Below are positions 9,494 to 19,726 of a stretch of 64,000 bases of DNA, in pieces; positions within the stretch are counted from its first letter, which is position 1, and every line of letters starts with the position of its first letter. The translations under genes and the position numbers were made by a program. Location: NCBI GenBank assembly GCA_963826835.1, contig CAWGYK010000005.1, positions 3,410 to 67,409 on the forward strand, read 5' to 3'. This DNA is from an uncultured Acidimicrobiaceae bacterium. GTDB taxonomy: Bacteria > Actinomycetota > Acidimicrobiia > Acidimicrobiales > RAAP-2. The notes under the pieces are model-generated. The model searched no databases. It was not told the origin of the DNA and saw only the letters and a program-made list of their open reading frames with translations.

Positions 9494-10852
9494 TCAGCGG
9501 CCGGCGTCCTCCCACGGCACCGCGGCGGCGAGCGCGTCGGCGCGGGCGGTGCCCACCACGTAGAGCGATCCCGCCACGACGACGAGACCGTCGGCGTCGA
9601 CCATCCCGCGTGCGACGCGCAGCGCGTTGCGCACGTCGGGCTCCTCGGAGACGGACAACCCGAGAGCGCGGGCCGCTTCGGAGACCGCGGCGACCGGCAT
9701 CGCGCGGGGCGAGTCTGGTTCGCACGCGACGATGGCAGCGACACCCACCGACGCCAAGGGCGCCAACATCGCCGACGGGTCGCGGCCGGACAGCATCCCC
9801 ACCACCGCGACGGACACACCGTCGACGGCGAACTCCTCCGCGAGCGCATCGGCCAGCGCGGCCATGCCCGCCGCGTTGTGCGCGCCGTCGACCAGGAGCA
9901 GTGGCCGCCGACCCAGCACTTCGAGCCGGCCCGGCACCCGCACCGCGGCCAGCCCCTCCTCCACCACCTCGGCCGAGAGCGGGTCCCCGAAGAAGGCCTC
10001 CACGGCGGCCAGCGCCACCGACGCGTTGCGGCCCTGGTGGGCGCCGTGCAGGGGAACCAGGACCTCCTCGTAGCGCCCGCCCGGGGTCCACAGCGTGACG
10101 ACACGGCCACCGACGGCCACCAGGTTGGACTCGCAACCGAAGTCCCGCCCCGCCACCCACACCGACGACGCTCCCACCTCCGCGGCCCGCCCCGCGACGA
10201 TGTCGACCAGCTCGGGCGGCATCTCCCCCACCACGACCCGGCTGCCCGGCTCGATGATCCCCGCCTTGTCCGTGGCGATCCCCTCGAGCGTGGGGCCCAG
10301 GACGTCGGTGTGGTCGAAGCTCACGTTGGTGACCACCGCCACGTCTCCGTGCACGACGTTGGTGCAATCCCACGTACCGCCGAGACCCACCTCGATGACC
10401 ATGCCGTCGACCACCTCGGAGGCAAACCACGACAGGGCGGCCGCGGTGAGCAGCTCGAAGCGGGTCGGACGCTCGGGCAGCAGGGTCTCGAGGAGGCCCA
10501 GCTCGGTCAGGACCTCGGTCAGGGACGCGTCGTCGATCGGCTCCCCGTTGTGCGCCAGGCGCTCGGCCACGGCGTGCAGGTTGGGGCTGGTGAAGGTGCC
10601 GACCGTGAGGCCCTTGGCCATGAGCAGTGCGGTGGCCATGGCCGACGTGGACCCCTTGCCGTTGGTCCCGGTGATGTGGATGGACGGAATGGAGTCCTGG
10701 GGATCACCGAGCAGGGCGGTCAGTGCCCGCATACGGTCGAGCGACGGCAGGGACCGCCGGCGGGGCATGGTGCTCTCGAAGTCGACATGACCGTCCAGCC
10801 AGGCCAGCGCGTCCTCCACCCCCTCGAAGGGCGGGGCCACCGGCTCGTCCAT
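9494..10852 (-). CDS. folC: Folylpolyglutamate synthase / dihydrofolate synthase
   Basis: Mur-ligase P-loop HITGTNGKGSTSAM, plus DHTDVLG. ATG 10852 lies just downstream of the clpX stop; the upstream 42 codons of the tracked ORF overlap clpX. Confidence 0.9.
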   Translation of the reverse strand: MDEPVAPPFEGVEDALAWLDGHVDFESTMPRRRSLPSLDRMRALTALLGDPQDSIPSIHITGTNGKGSTSAMATALLMAKGLTVGTFTSPNLHAVAERLAHNGEPIDDASLTEVLTELGLLETLLPERPTRFELLTAAALSWFASEVVDGMVIEVGLGGTWDCTNVVHGDVAVVTNVSFDHTDVLGPTLEGIATDKAGIIEPGSRVVVGEMPPELVDIVAGRAAEVGASSVWVAGRDFGCESNLVAVGGRVVTLWTPGGRYEEVLVPLHGAHQGRNASVALAAVEAFFGDPLSAEVVEEGLAAVRVPGRLEVLGRRPLLLVDGAHNAAGMAALADALAEEFAVDGVSVAVVGMLSGRDPSAMLAPLASVGVAAIVACEPDSPRAMPVAAVSEAARALGLSVSEEPDVRNALRVARGMVDADGLVVVAGSLYVVGTARADALAAAVPWEDAGR

Positions 10853-10872
10853 GGGGACCGGCTCCGGATCGG

Positions 10873-12150
10873 TCAGGACGCGGCGCGGCGCGAGCGGGTC
10901 GACTTGACCGGCGCGCCCCCGAGCGGCACCAGCGTCGGCGCGACGCGGTCGAGCACCACGGAGCGGTCCACCACGCACTTGCCCACGTCGGTCCTGCTGG
11001 GCAGGTCGTACATCACGTCGAGCAGAACCTCTTCGAGGATCGCCCGCAGTCCCCGGGCACCCGTGCCCCGCAGCAGCGCCTGCTCCGCTACGGCTTCGAG
11101 CGCGTCGGGCGTGAACTCGAGCTCCACGTTGTCCAGCGCGAACACCCGCTCGTACTGCCGCGTCAGTGCGTTCTTGGGCTCGACGAGGATCTGCACCAGC
11201 GCTTCCTTGAAGAGCGGTGACACGGCGCTCACGACCGGCAGGCGCCCGATGAACTCAGGAATGAGCCCGAACTTGATGAGGTCTTCCGGGAGGACGTGAC
11301 GCAGGATCTCGCCGTCGTCGCGGTCCTTGCGGTGCACCTCGGCCCGGAAGCCGATGCCGCGCTTGCCGATGCGGGACTCGATCAGCTTGTCCAACCCGGC
11401 GAAGGCTCCGCCGCAGATGAAGAGGATGTTGGTGGTGTCGATCTGGATGAACTCCTGATGCGGGTGCTTGCGCCCGCCCTGGGGCGGCACCGAGGCCGTC
11501 GTGCCCTCCAGGATCTTCAGTAGCGCCTGCTGCACGCCCTCACCCGACACGTCCCGCGTGATGGAGGGGTTCTCGCTCTTGCGGGCGATCTTGTCGATCT
11601 CGTCAATGTAGATGATGCCGGTCTCGGCCCGCTTCACGTCGTAGTCGGCGGCCTGGATCAGCTTCAGCAGGATGTTCTCCACGTCCTCGCCCACGTAGCC
11701 CGCCTCGGTCAACGCCGTCGCGTCGGCGATGGCGAAGGGGACGTTGAGCATGCGGGCGAGCGTCTGCGCCAGCAGCGTCTTGCCGCAGCCCGTCGGCCCC
11801 AGGAGGAGGATGTTGGACTTGGCCAGCTCGACGCCGTCCTCGGCGGCGGGCGGCCCGGCCTGCACTCGCTTGTAGTGGTTGTAGACGGCCACCGAGAGAA
11901 TCTTCTTGGCGTACTCCTGCCCGACGACGTAGTCGTTCAGGAAGTCGAAGATCTCGCGCGGCTTGGGGAGATCCTCGAAGCTCAGCTCGGTGGACTCGTC
12001 ACGCTCCTCGGCGATGATGTCGTTGCAGAGGTCGATGCACTCGTCGCAGATGTAGACACCCGGCCCCGCGATCAGCTTCTTGACCTGTTTCTGCGTCTTG
12101 CCGCAGAAACTGCACTTGACGAGATCCCCGCCCTCCCCGAACTTCGCCAC
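10873..12150 (-). CDS. clpX: ATP-dependent Clp protease ATP-binding subunit ClpX
   Basis: Zinc-binding [26 protein letters not shown]. Walker [18 protein letters not shown]. Confidence 0.97.
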   Translation of the reverse strand: MAKFGEGGDLVKCSFCGKTQKQVKKLIAGPGVYICDECIDLCNDIIAEERDESTELSFEDLPKPREIFDFLNDYVVGQEYAKKILSVAVYNHYKRVQAGPPAAEDGVELAKSNILLLGPTGCGKTLLAQTLARMLNVPFAIADATALTEAGYVGEDVENILLKLIQAADYDVKRAETGIIYIDEIDKIARKSENPSITRDVSGEGVQQALLKILEGTTASVPPQGGRKHPHQEFIQIDTTNILFICGGAFAGLDKLIESRIGKRGIGFRAEVHRKDRDDGEILRHVLPEDLIKFGLIPEFIGRLPVVSAVSPLFKEALVQILVEPKNALTRQYERVFALDNVELEFTPDALEAVAEQALLRGTGARGLRAILEEVLLDVMYDLPSRTDVGKCVVDRSVVLDRVAPTLVPLGGAPVKSTRSRRAAS

Positions 12151-12183
12151 CAGATCGCCTCTCCCGGTCCGTGCCCGCTCGTC

Positions 12184-12810
12184 CTACGCCGCGCCGATGG
12201 CTTCGAGCGGGGCCACGGTCCGTGCCGTGATGACCTCGTCGATCACGCCATAGGTCACCGCTTCCTCCGCGGTCATGATGAAGTCGCGGTCGGTGTCCTG
12301 TGCGACCTTCTCCTGGGTCTGACCGGTGTCCTCGGCGAGCATCCCCGACAGCAGGTCCCGCATTCGGAGGATCTCCTTGGCCTGCAATTCGATGTCGCTC
12401 GCCTGGCCCTCCACGCCACCCCAGGGCTGGTGCAGCAGCACGCGAGCGTGGGGCAGGGCGAAACGCTTGCCCTTGGCCCCGGCCGCCAGCAGCACGGCCG
12501 CCGCCGAGGCGGCCTGCCCGAAGCAGAAGGTGGACACGTCGGCCTTGATGAACTTGAGCGTGTCGTAGATGGCGAACAAGGCGGTGATCTCACCACCGGG
12601 AGAGTTGATGTAGAGGTGGATGTCCTTGTCGGGCTCCTCGGACTCCAAGAAGAGCATCTGCGCGCAGACGAGGTTGGCCACCGCGTCGTCGACCGGGGTG
12701 CCGAGGAAGATGATGCGCTCGCGCAGCAACCGCGAATAGAGGTCATAGGCGCGCTCGCCACGGTTGGACGACTCGATCACGGTCGGAACCAGATAGTTGT
12801 AGGCCTTCAT
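12184..12810 (-). CDS. clpP: ATP-dependent Clp protease proteolytic subunit ClpP
   Basis: [40 protein letters not shown] 12810 has a GGGGGAA SD. The alternative GTG 12837 forms a GTGA overlap with the tig stop. Confidence 0.95.
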   Translation of the reverse strand: MKAYNYLVPTVIESSNRGERAYDLYSRLLRERIIFLGTPVDDAVANLVCAQMLFLESEEPDKDIHLYINSPGGEITALFAIYDTLKFIKADVSTFCFGQAASAAAVLLAAGAKGKRFALPHARVLLHQPWGGVEGQASDIELQAKEILRMRDLLSGMLAEDTGQTQEKVAQDTDRDFIMTAEEAVTYGVIDEVITARTVAPLEAIGAA

Positions 12811-12833
12811 CGGTTCCCCCGCTGTCTGCATCT

Positions 12834-14195
12834 TCACTCGCTCTCCTCGCTCTGCTCGACTGCGCCCTCTCCCGAGGCGTCCACCCTGAGGTCCTCCCGT
12901 GACATCGGGTTGCCCTCTTCATCGAAGAGATCCACGTGGTCCAGCAGCCACTCCAACGCCTTGCCCTTACGCAGCTCTGAGCGTACCGCGCCGGTCCGGC
13001 CGGCCGTGTCGAGTTGGCGGCGCAGCTCGGTCGGGGTGGTGCCCATCCGCTCGGCCATGGTGACTATCTCGGCAAGGAGCTCGTCGTCACTGAGCGTCAA
13101 CTCCTCCGCCTCCACCAGGGCCCTGAGCGCCAGGTCGGCCTTGACGGCCGACTGGGCGTCCACCCGGACCGCCGCCAGCAGCTCGTCCGGTGTCGTGCCT
13201 GTGGCCTGGAAGTACTCGGCCAACCCCAGCTTCTGGGCCTCCAGGCGGTGCTGCAGGTCGTGGAGCCGCTCGTTGACCTCCGCGTCGACGAGGACCTCTG
13301 GCACCGCCTCGTCGGTGACCAGCTCCGCCAGCGCCTCGATCGTCTTCTGGCGCAACGCCATCTGACTCTGCATCAGCTTCACGCGGCCGATCCGGGTCTC
13401 GATGTCCGAGCGCAGCTCGGCCACGGTGTCGAACTCGGAGCTCTCGGCGGCCCACTCGTCGTTGGCCTCGGGCAACTTCTTGACCTTGACCTCCTTGACG
13501 AGCACCCGGAATGCGACCTTCTGCTCGGGCTCGTTGGGGTTGGCGGCGTCGAAGGCCAGGATGGCGCCGGCCTTGGCGCCGTGCAGCTCGGCATCGAGCT
13601 CGGGGACCACCGAGGCGGAACCGACTTCGTAGAGGTAGTCGTCGACGCCTACGACCTCGGCGCCGGACGCGTCGTTGCCGTGCAGGTCAATGGTGACGAG
13701 ATCGCCGTCGATGGCGGGACGGTCCACGACGTCGAGTTCGGCGTCGTTCTCGCGCAGCCGGTCGATCTGGCTCTGGATCTCTTCCTCGCTGACGGAGAGA
13801 CCGGGCAGGGTGACCTGCAGGCCGTCGTAGCCGGGAATGGCGACGATCGGACGCACCTGGACCACGGCGTCGAAGGAGACCGCGCCACCGTCCTCGCCAC
13901 CGGTGATGTCGATGTTGGGCTGTGCGATCGGGTCCAGTTCGGTGTCCACGACGGCGCGGGCGTAGAAGTCGGGCAGGGACTCACGGAGCGCCTCGGCGCG
14001 CAACGCGCCGGCGCCACCCATGCGGGCCTCGAGCACCTTGCGCGGCACCTTGCCCGGCCGGAAGCCGGGTACCCGCACCTGTTGGGCCAGGGAGCGCACC
14101 ACGTCGCCGAGGGCCCGGTCGAACTCCGGCTCGTCGATCTCCACGCTCAGGCGGACGAGGTTTCCCTCCATTGGCTCGGCTGTCGCACGCATCAC
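12834..14195 (-). CDS. tig: Trigger factor
   Basis: [17 protein letters not shown]-terminus and [14 protein letters not shown] ribosome-binding motif. Lies upstream of clpP-clpX. Confidence 0.93.
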   Translation of the reverse strand: MMRATAEPMEGNLVRLSVEIDEPEFDRALGDVVRSLAQQVRVPGFRPGKVPRKVLEARMGGAGALRAEALRESLPDFYARAVVDTELDPIAQPNIDITGGEDGGAVSFDAVVQVRPIVAIPGYDGLQVTLPGLSVSEEEIQSQIDRLRENDAELDVVDRPAIDGDLVTIDLHGNDASGAEVVGVDDYLYEVGSASVVPELDAELHGAKAGAILAFDAANPNEPEQKVAFRVLVKEVKVKKLPEANDEWAAESSEFDTVAELRSDIETRIGRVKLMQSQMALRQKTIEALAELVTDEAVPEVLVDAEVNERLHDLQHRLEAQKLGLAEYFQATGTTPDELLAAVRVDAQSAVKADLALRALVEAEELTLSDDELLAEIVTMAERMGTTPTELRRQLDTAGRTGAVRSELRKGKALEWLLDHVDLFDEEGNPMSREDLRVDASGEGAVEQSEESE

Positions 14196-14262
14196 GAGCC
14201 GATCACTCTACCGGTCGCCCCACAACCCGGGCGCACGACCCGCCCGGATGTCGAAGTGCCGA

Positions 14263-15162
14263 TCAGAACATGAAGTTCATGGCGCCCAGGACCGATCGGC
14301 CGACCACGGTGTCGCCCTCCACGGCGACACCGCCCGCCGCCTCCACCTGTGCTGCGGTGGCCCGGCCACAGCCGAGGCGCACGAGATCGATGCTCGAGAG
14401 CGACAGGGTCACCGTCGGCGCCGCATCGTCGCCCACCGGGCGGGCGCGCCCGCCCTCCACCGCGACCGTGAAGGCGCGCGCGTCGTTCCCCGGACCGGCG
14501 ACGTCGAAGCGGACGGCGGTGCCCTCGGTGCACCCCGCCCTCTTCCCCACGACGAAGGGCATCGCGCCCTGCACGCGGTCCAGCGAGATCGCCGAGGCGG
14601 CGTTGCCGCTCCCGCCGGGACGGTCGAGCGCGCGGCGAACGTCCTGCTCGTGCACCCAGCTGTCGAAGACCCGCACCGTCATGAACTCGGCCCGTGGCAC
14701 CTCGCCTACGGGACTCCAACCGGGCGCGGCCCATTCCGCCGCGCTCAGCGCGTCCAACTGGGCCAGGCGGGTCGTGGTCACCTCGACGAACTCTGCGCGC
14801 ACGGACGACCCCGGGAGCGCCCGGCGCACGGCGACGAACGGCTCGTTGGTGGCCGCGAAGTCGTTCTTCACGTGGTCGCCCAGGGGCCCTTCCCACTCGG
14901 GAACCGGCTCCCCCTGGATCGCCCGCTCGACCCCGACGATGTGGGACAGCTGGTCCTTGACGTCCCACCCGGGGCACTCGGTGGGCAGGGCCCACTCGGT
15001 GTTCGAAAGCTCGAAGCAGACCTCCGCCAGCGCCCCCCAGGTCTCCGCCAGAGCGTTTCGGGCCTCCCGCCCCCGCCGGAGCCACTCACCGTCCTGACCT
15101 GCCCCGTTGCCGCTCACGAGGCCGACCCTATCCCCGGATCGTGCCTGGGGTCGCCTGACCAT
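14263..15162 (-). CDS. Maleylpyruvate isomerase family / DinB-like mycothiol-dependent enzyme
   Basis: WALPTECPGWDVKDQLSHIVG and VFDSWVHEQDVRRALDRPG strings typical of the TIGR03083-type N-terminal domain. Start is ATG 15162 or GTG 15117. Confidence 0.7.
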   Translation of the reverse strand: MVRRPQARSGDRVGLVSGNGAGQDGEWLRRGREARNALAETWGALAEVCFELSNTEWALPTECPGWDVKDQLSHIVGVERAIQGEPVPEWEGPLGDHVKNDFAATNEPFVAVRRALPGSSVRAEFVEVTTTRLAQLDALSAAEWAAPGWSPVGEVPRAEFMTVRVFDSWVHEQDVRRALDRPGGSGNAASAISLDRVQGAMPFVVGKRAGCTEGTAVRFDVAGPGNDARAFTVAVEGGRARPVGDDAAPTVTLSLSSIDLVRLGCGRATAAQVEAAGGVAVEGDTVVGRSVLGAMNFMF

Positions 15163-15233
15163 CCCCCATTCCCGGCAACCCCCCCGCTACGTTCGACTCC
15201 CGTCCAAGGCCATCACCGACCGAAGGAGTTGCC

Positions 15234-15389
15234 ATGGCTAACTACGAGGGGTACTGCGTGAAGTGCCGGGAAAAGCGTGAGTTCGACGGCCAGGAAGTCG
15301 AATTGGCGAACGGCCGCCGTGCCGCACAGGGCACCTGCCCGGTCTGCGGCACCAAGATGAACCGGATCCTGGGCAAAGCCAAGGTCTGA
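15234..15389 (+). CDS. Small zinc-ribbon protein (DUF5679-like), 51 aa
   Basis: Below the ORF-track length cutoff. GAAGGAG SD at 15222-15228, then ATG. Translation: MANYEGYCVKCREKREFDGQEVELANGRRAAQGTCPVCGTKMNRILGKAKV, with CxxC...CxxC. High third-position GC. Confidence 0.7.
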   Translation: MANYEGYCVKCREKREFDGQEVELANGRRAAQGTCPVCGTKMNRILGKAKV

Positions 15390-15435
15390 GTCGGCCCACC
15401 ACGCCGGCGGACGAGCACCCCGCCCGCGTGACACG

Positions 15436-17169
15436 ATGCAGGGCATGCACGACCTGAAGATCACGGGGGGGACGCTCGTCGACGGGACCGGCGCGGCGGC
15501 ACGGGAAGCCGATGTCGCAGTCGATTCCGGCCGCATCACCCAGGTGGGCACCGTCCAGGGCGGCGCCACCCGGACCATCGAGGCTGACGGCCTGCTGGTC
15601 ACCCCGGGGTGGGTCGACGTCCACACCCACTACGACGGCCAGGTCACCTGGGACCCGGAGCTCGCCCCGTCGTCGTGGCACGGGGTGACGACGCTCGTGA
15701 TGGGTAACTGCGGCGTGGGGTTCGCCCCGGCCCAGCCCGACCGTCACGACTGGCTCATCGGCCTCATGGAGGGAGTCGAGGACATCCCCGGCACGGCGCT
15801 GGCCGAGGGGATCCGGTGGGAGTGGGAGACCTTCCCCGAGTATCTCGACGCGATCGAGCAGCGGCGCTGGACCGTCGACGTCGGCACCCAGGTGCCGCAT
15901 GCGGCCGTGAGGGCCTACGTGATGGGCGAACGGGGCGCCCGCAACGAGGCCGCCACCGCCGAGGACATCGAGGCAATGCGGGCGATCGTGCTCCAGGCCA
16001 TCCGGGCCGGGGCGCTGGGGTTCTCCACCTCTCGCACCTTGGGGCACCGGGCGATCGACGGCGAGCTGGTGCCCGGGACGTTCGCAGCCGAGGACGAGCT
16101 GTTCGGAATCGGGTCCGCCCTGGGCGAGGCCGGGGCCGGCGTCTTCGAGCTGGCCCCACTGGGCTCGGCGGGCGAGATGCTCGAGGACGCCTGGCAGGAG
16201 GTCGACTGGATGCGGCGGCTCTCGGCCGCCATCGACCGTCCCGTCTCCTACGTGTTGCTCCAGCACGACGACGACCCCGAGCTGTGGCGCAAGCAGCTGG
16301 CGGCGTCGCTCGAGGCCTGCGCGGAGGGCGCCCGGCTCTTCCCCCAGATCGCCGGCCGGCCCACGGGGATCGTCTCGGGACACCACACGACGGTCTGCCT
16401 CTTCAAGGACATGCCGGCCTACCGGGAGCTGCGGGCCCGGTGCTCGTCGGAGGACGAGCTCGCCGCTGCGCTGGCCGACCCCGACGTGCGGCGGTCGATC
16501 GTGTCCTGGACGCCGTCGTCGACGGCCGAGGCCGAGGCCATGGAGAGGGCGTACCAGCGCACGTTCGTGCTGGGGGACCCGCCCGACTACGAGCCGGGGC
16601 CGGAGCGCTCCCTGGCGGGGTTGGCAGCGGCGCGTGGCGTTTCACCGCTGGAGGTCGCCTACGCCGAGATGGCCCGCGACGGCGGGCAGGGACTGCTCTA
16701 CGTCCCGATCCTCAACTACGCCCTCGGGGACCTGGACCACGTGCGCGAGATGATGCTGCACCCCCAGGGGCTGATCGGGCTGGCCGACGGGGGCGCCCAC
16801 TGCGGGACGATCTGCGACGCCTCCATGCCCACCTTCATGCTGACCCACTGGACGCGGGACCGTTCCCGCGGCGAGCGCTTGCCGCTCGAGTACGTGGTGA
16901 AGAAGCAGACGCACGACACGGCCCGCCTGTACGGCCTGGGGGACCGGGGCACGGTGGAGGCCGGCGCACTGGCCGACTTCAACCTCATCGACTACGACGC
17001 GCTCTCACTCGGCGCGCCCTACGTGACGGCCGACCTGCCGGCGGGCGGTCGCCGGCTGCTCCAGAAGGCGTCGGGGTACGTGGCCACCATCAAGGCGGGG
17101 ACCGTGACGTTCGAGCACGGCGAGGCGACCGGTGCGCTGCCGGGCCGCCTGGTGCGCGGCGCCCGCTGA
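15436..17169 (+). CDS. N-acyl-D-amino-acid deacylase (D-aminoacylase) family amidohydrolase
   Basis: LKITGGTLVDGTG, VTPGWVDVHTHYD (HxH), GNCGVGFAP, DGGAHCGTICDAS. Confidence 0.85.
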   Translation: MQGMHDLKITGGTLVDGTGAAAREADVAVDSGRITQVGTVQGGATRTIEADGLLVTPGWVDVHTHYDGQVTWDPELAPSSWHGVTTLVMGNCGVGFAPAQPDRHDWLIGLMEGVEDIPGTALAEGIRWEWETFPEYLDAIEQRRWTVDVGTQVPHAAVRAYVMGERGARNEAATAEDIEAMRAIVLQAIRAGALGFSTSRTLGHRAIDGELVPGTFAAEDELFGIGSALGEAGAGVFELAPLGSAGEMLEDAWQEVDWMRRLSAAIDRPVSYVLLQHDDDPELWRKQLAASLEACAEGARLFPQIAGRPTGIVSGHHTTVCLFKDMPAYRELRARCSSEDELAAALADPDVRRSIVSWTPSSTAEAEAMERAYQRTFVLGDPPDYEPGPERSLAGLAAARGVSPLEVAYAEMARDGGQGLLYVPILNYALGDLDHVREMMLHPQGLIGLADGGAHCGTICDASMPTFMLTHWTRDRSRGERLPLEYVVKKQTHDTARLYGLGDRGTVEAGALADFNLIDYDALSLGAPYVTADLPAGGRRLLQKASGYVATIKAGTVTFEHGEATGALPGRLVRGAR

Positions 17170-17240
17170 GCCCGGCCGCTTCCCGCACACCTCCTCCTCC
17201 CGCTCTGCCGGGCCCTCCGGCACGGCAGACTGCATCCCGT

Positions 17241-18599
17241 ATGGAGGCGCCACTGACCCAGTACGCGCTCCGGGAGGGCGTCCACGTCGGGTACCAGGTC
17301 TGGGGCCGCGAAGCCGGGGAGGACGCCGTCGACGTCCTGGAATTCAACAGCGGGCTCATGATCTCCATCGACGAGACGGTCGACGAGCCGAACTGGCTCC
17401 GCTACACCCAACGGGTCGCCGACTTCTCCCGCTTGATCCGCTTCGATGCCGGCGGCCTCGGCCTGTCCGATCCCCTGCCCACGGGGACCGATCCCTCCAT
17501 CGAGGGCTGGGGGCGCGATGCCCTCGCCGTCATGGAGGCGGCCGGGTGCGCCCGCGCCGTCGTCCTGGCCTCGACCGGAGGGGCCATGGCTGCGCTGTGG
17601 CTGGCGGCGACGCATCCGGAGCGCGTGGTCTCGCTGATCATCGTCAACGGCACGGCCCGGGTCGGCCAGGCCGAGGACTACGGCTTCGGGGTCCCCGAAG
17701 CGGAGATCGCGGCCGGGAACCCCATTCAGGTGGCGCTGACCGAGGACGACGTCCCGCAGGACATCGTGATCTTCGCCCCCAGCCTGGCGCACCGGGTCGG
17801 CTTCCGCGAGTGGTGGGGGCGGGCGGCCCGGCGCGGGGCGAGCCCGGCGACGGCCGTGGCCTTCAACCTCGTGACCTTCTCCGCCGACGTCCGCTGGTGC
17901 CTTCCGGCCATCACCTGCCCCACCCTCGTGTTCGCCCGTCTCGACAGCTACGCCAACCTGAGCGTGCACGGCCGCTACCTGGCCGAGCACATCGCCGGCG
18001 CCCGCCTGGTCACCACGACCGGGCCCGACCTGCTCCCGTGGGCAGGCGAGTTCGACTCCATCGTCGACGAGATGGAGGAGTTCGTCACGGGCTCCCGTGG
18101 CGCGCACGCCGCCACCCGCCTGCTCGCGGCGGTGCTCTTCACCGACATCGTCGACTCGACCGGGCGGGCCGCGGAGGCGGGAGACCGCCAGTGGCGCGCC
18201 GTCCTCGACGAGTTCGACGTCAACGTGGAGCGCCTCCTGGCCCGCCACGACGGCCTCCTCGTCAAATCGACCGGTGACGGGATCCTGGCCCGCTTCGCCG
18301 CCCCGGCCCAGGCGGTGCGCTGCGCCGAGGCCATGGTGGCGACCGCGCGGAGCTTCGGCCTGCAGCTGCGGGCCGGCCTGCACGCGGGCGAGGTGGAGCT
18401 GCGCGGCGACGACATCGGCGGCCTGGCCGTCCACATCGCCTCGCGGGTGAGCGCCATGGCCGGGCCGGGGGAAGTGCTCGTCACGGGCACGGTGCGCGAC
18501 CTGGTGGTCGGCTCGGGCATCGTCTTCGACGACCGCGGCCGGCACAACCTCAAGGGCCTGCCCGACGAGTGGCAGGTGCTGGCGGTGGAGCGGGCCTGA
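17241..18599 (+). CDS. Alpha/beta-hydrolase-fold domain fused to a class III adenylate/guanylate cyclase domain
   Basis: Only the C-terminal 452 codons of tracked ORF 15816..18599 are credible (ATG 17241, MEAPLTQYALREG). Cyclase strings: LLAAVLFTDIVDSTGRA, LVKSTGDGILARF, LRAGLHAGEVELRGDDIGGLAVHIASRV. Confidence 0.85.
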   Translation: MEAPLTQYALREGVHVGYQVWGREAGEDAVDVLEFNSGLMISIDETVDEPNWLRYTQRVADFSRLIRFDAGGLGLSDPLPTGTDPSIEGWGRDALAVMEAAGCARAVVLASTGGAMAALWLAATHPERVVSLIIVNGTARVGQAEDYGFGVPEAEIAAGNPIQVALTEDDVPQDIVIFAPSLAHRVGFREWWGRAARRGASPATAVAFNLVTFSADVRWCLPAITCPTLVFARLDSYANLSVHGRYLAEHIAGARLVTTTGPDLLPWAGEFDSIVDEMEEFVTGSRGAHAATRLLAAVLFTDIVDSTGRAAEAGDRQWRAVLDEFDVNVERLLARHDGLLVKSTGDGILARFAAPAQAVRCAEAMVATARSFGLQLRAGLHAGEVELRGDDIGGLAVHIASRVSAMAGPGEVLVTGTVRDLVVGSGIVFDDRGRHNLKGLPDEWQVLAVERA

Positions 18600-18608
18600 T
18601 CCGGGCCT

Positions 18609-18998
18609 TCAGCCTCCCGGATAGGTGAAGGGGTCCTCCCCCGCGTCGGGGTCGGTCGCCGGTGCCGGCGCAGGAACCGAAGGTGCCGCCGGCGAGGGCG
18701 ACCCGACTGCCGCCGCCGGCTTCGGGGGTGGACCTCCCGCCTGCGCCTGCTCGTGGGCCTGCCGGGCGTTGGCCACCGCGGCGTCGGCCTGCTCCCTCGT
18801 CAGGCTCCCCACGGCACCGCACATGGTGCAGGTCGAGCGGTACTTGCTCCCGAGCGGGATCAGCGGGATGAAGAAGAACGTGAAGAAGGTCTTGACCCGG
18901 ACGACCGCCTGTGCCGCTGGCGTGTGACAGGTCCCGCACAGGGCGAACACGTTGGCCATCCGGTACCCGCGACGGCGCACTCCGAAGATCAGGAACAC
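18609..18998 (-). CDS. Zinc-ribbon domain membrane protein
   Basis: GTG 18998 preceded by AGGAGGAGG. FLIFGVRRRGYRMANVFALCGTCH...FFTFFFIPLIPLGSKYRSTCTMCG (two CxxC pairs around a hydrophobic hairpin). Pro/Ala-rich tail. Confidence 0.6.
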   Translation of the reverse strand: MFLIFGVRRRGYRMANVFALCGTCHTPAAQAVVRVKTFFTFFFIPLIPLGSKYRSTCTMCGAVGSLTREQADAAVANARQAHEQAQAGGPPPKPAAAVGSPSPAAPSVPAPAPATDPDAGEDPFTYPGG

Positions 18999-19276
18999 AT
19001 CCCCTCCTCCTGTGCCTGTGGCCCCCGGCCCGGTCGGCCCGCGTGTGGCCAGGGCAATGTTGGCAGGTCGCCGTCGCCCTCGCGCGGCTTTGGGGCTGTC
19101 CCCACCGGCCGACACAGCGACGCACCGGCCGATATCGGGACCTTCGTCCCTGTCCGACGCGCCCGGGCCCTGTTATTCTCATGTTTGTAACTTGAGGATC
19201 ATCAGAACCCGTGTAGGGCGCAAACGAACGTTGTCCAGGGAGGTCGCCATGTACAGAACAAAGCGGAATCTCGGTC

Positions 19277-19705
19277 TTGACCAAGCGGCCAACTGGCCTC
19301 GCCGGCGCTCTTCGGCGGCCCCGGGCCGGCGCCAGCGCGCTGTTCGAAGGCGACGACGGAGCCGAGGCCGTCGGGGTCGCACGCGTGCTCGACGAAATGG
19401 ACGTCGACACCATGTGGTGCCCCGGCCCGGGTTCTGGGCGTGGCCCCCGCTGTCCCCTGGTCAGCGAGGGGCACTGCGACCTCATGGAAAAGGCCGACTT
19501 CGTGATCAACCACCTGGGGACCCACGACCCCGGCCGGGCTGCTGTTGCGCAGGCGGTCGACCACACCCCTCTCGGCGACAAGCCGGTTGCCGTGGTGACG
19601 GGACACCAGCAGGCCGAGTCGGCCCGGGCTCAGCTACGGAGATGCACCGTGGTCGAAGGACCGCTCACGAGACAGATCATCGAGGACATCGCGCGGGCCG
19701 AGTGA
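19277..19705 (+). CDS. Hypothetical Cys-containing protein; start uncertain
   Basis: High GC3 frame: ALFEGDDGAEAVGVARVLDEMDVDTMWCPGPGSGRGPRCPLVSEGHCDLMEKADFVINHLG. The only in-frame start is TTG 19277. A strong SD plus ATG at 19249 is in another frame. Confidence 0.45.
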   Translation: MTKRPTGLAGALRRPRAGASALFEGDDGAEAVGVARVLDEMDVDTMWCPGPGSGRGPRCPLVSEGHCDLMEKADFVINHLGTHDPGRAAVAQAVDHTPLGDKPVAVVTGHQQAESARAQLRRCTVVEGPLTRQIIEDIARAE

Positions 19706-19726
19706 CACGGAGATCGCCGGGCGGTG

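Noticed and set aside
15816-17240. N-terminal 475 codons of the 927-aa ORF 15816..18599.
   Set aside because: Out-of-frame overlap with the D-aminoacylase gene, and Arg/Gly-rich nonsense. Only the part from ATG 17241 shows real domains.
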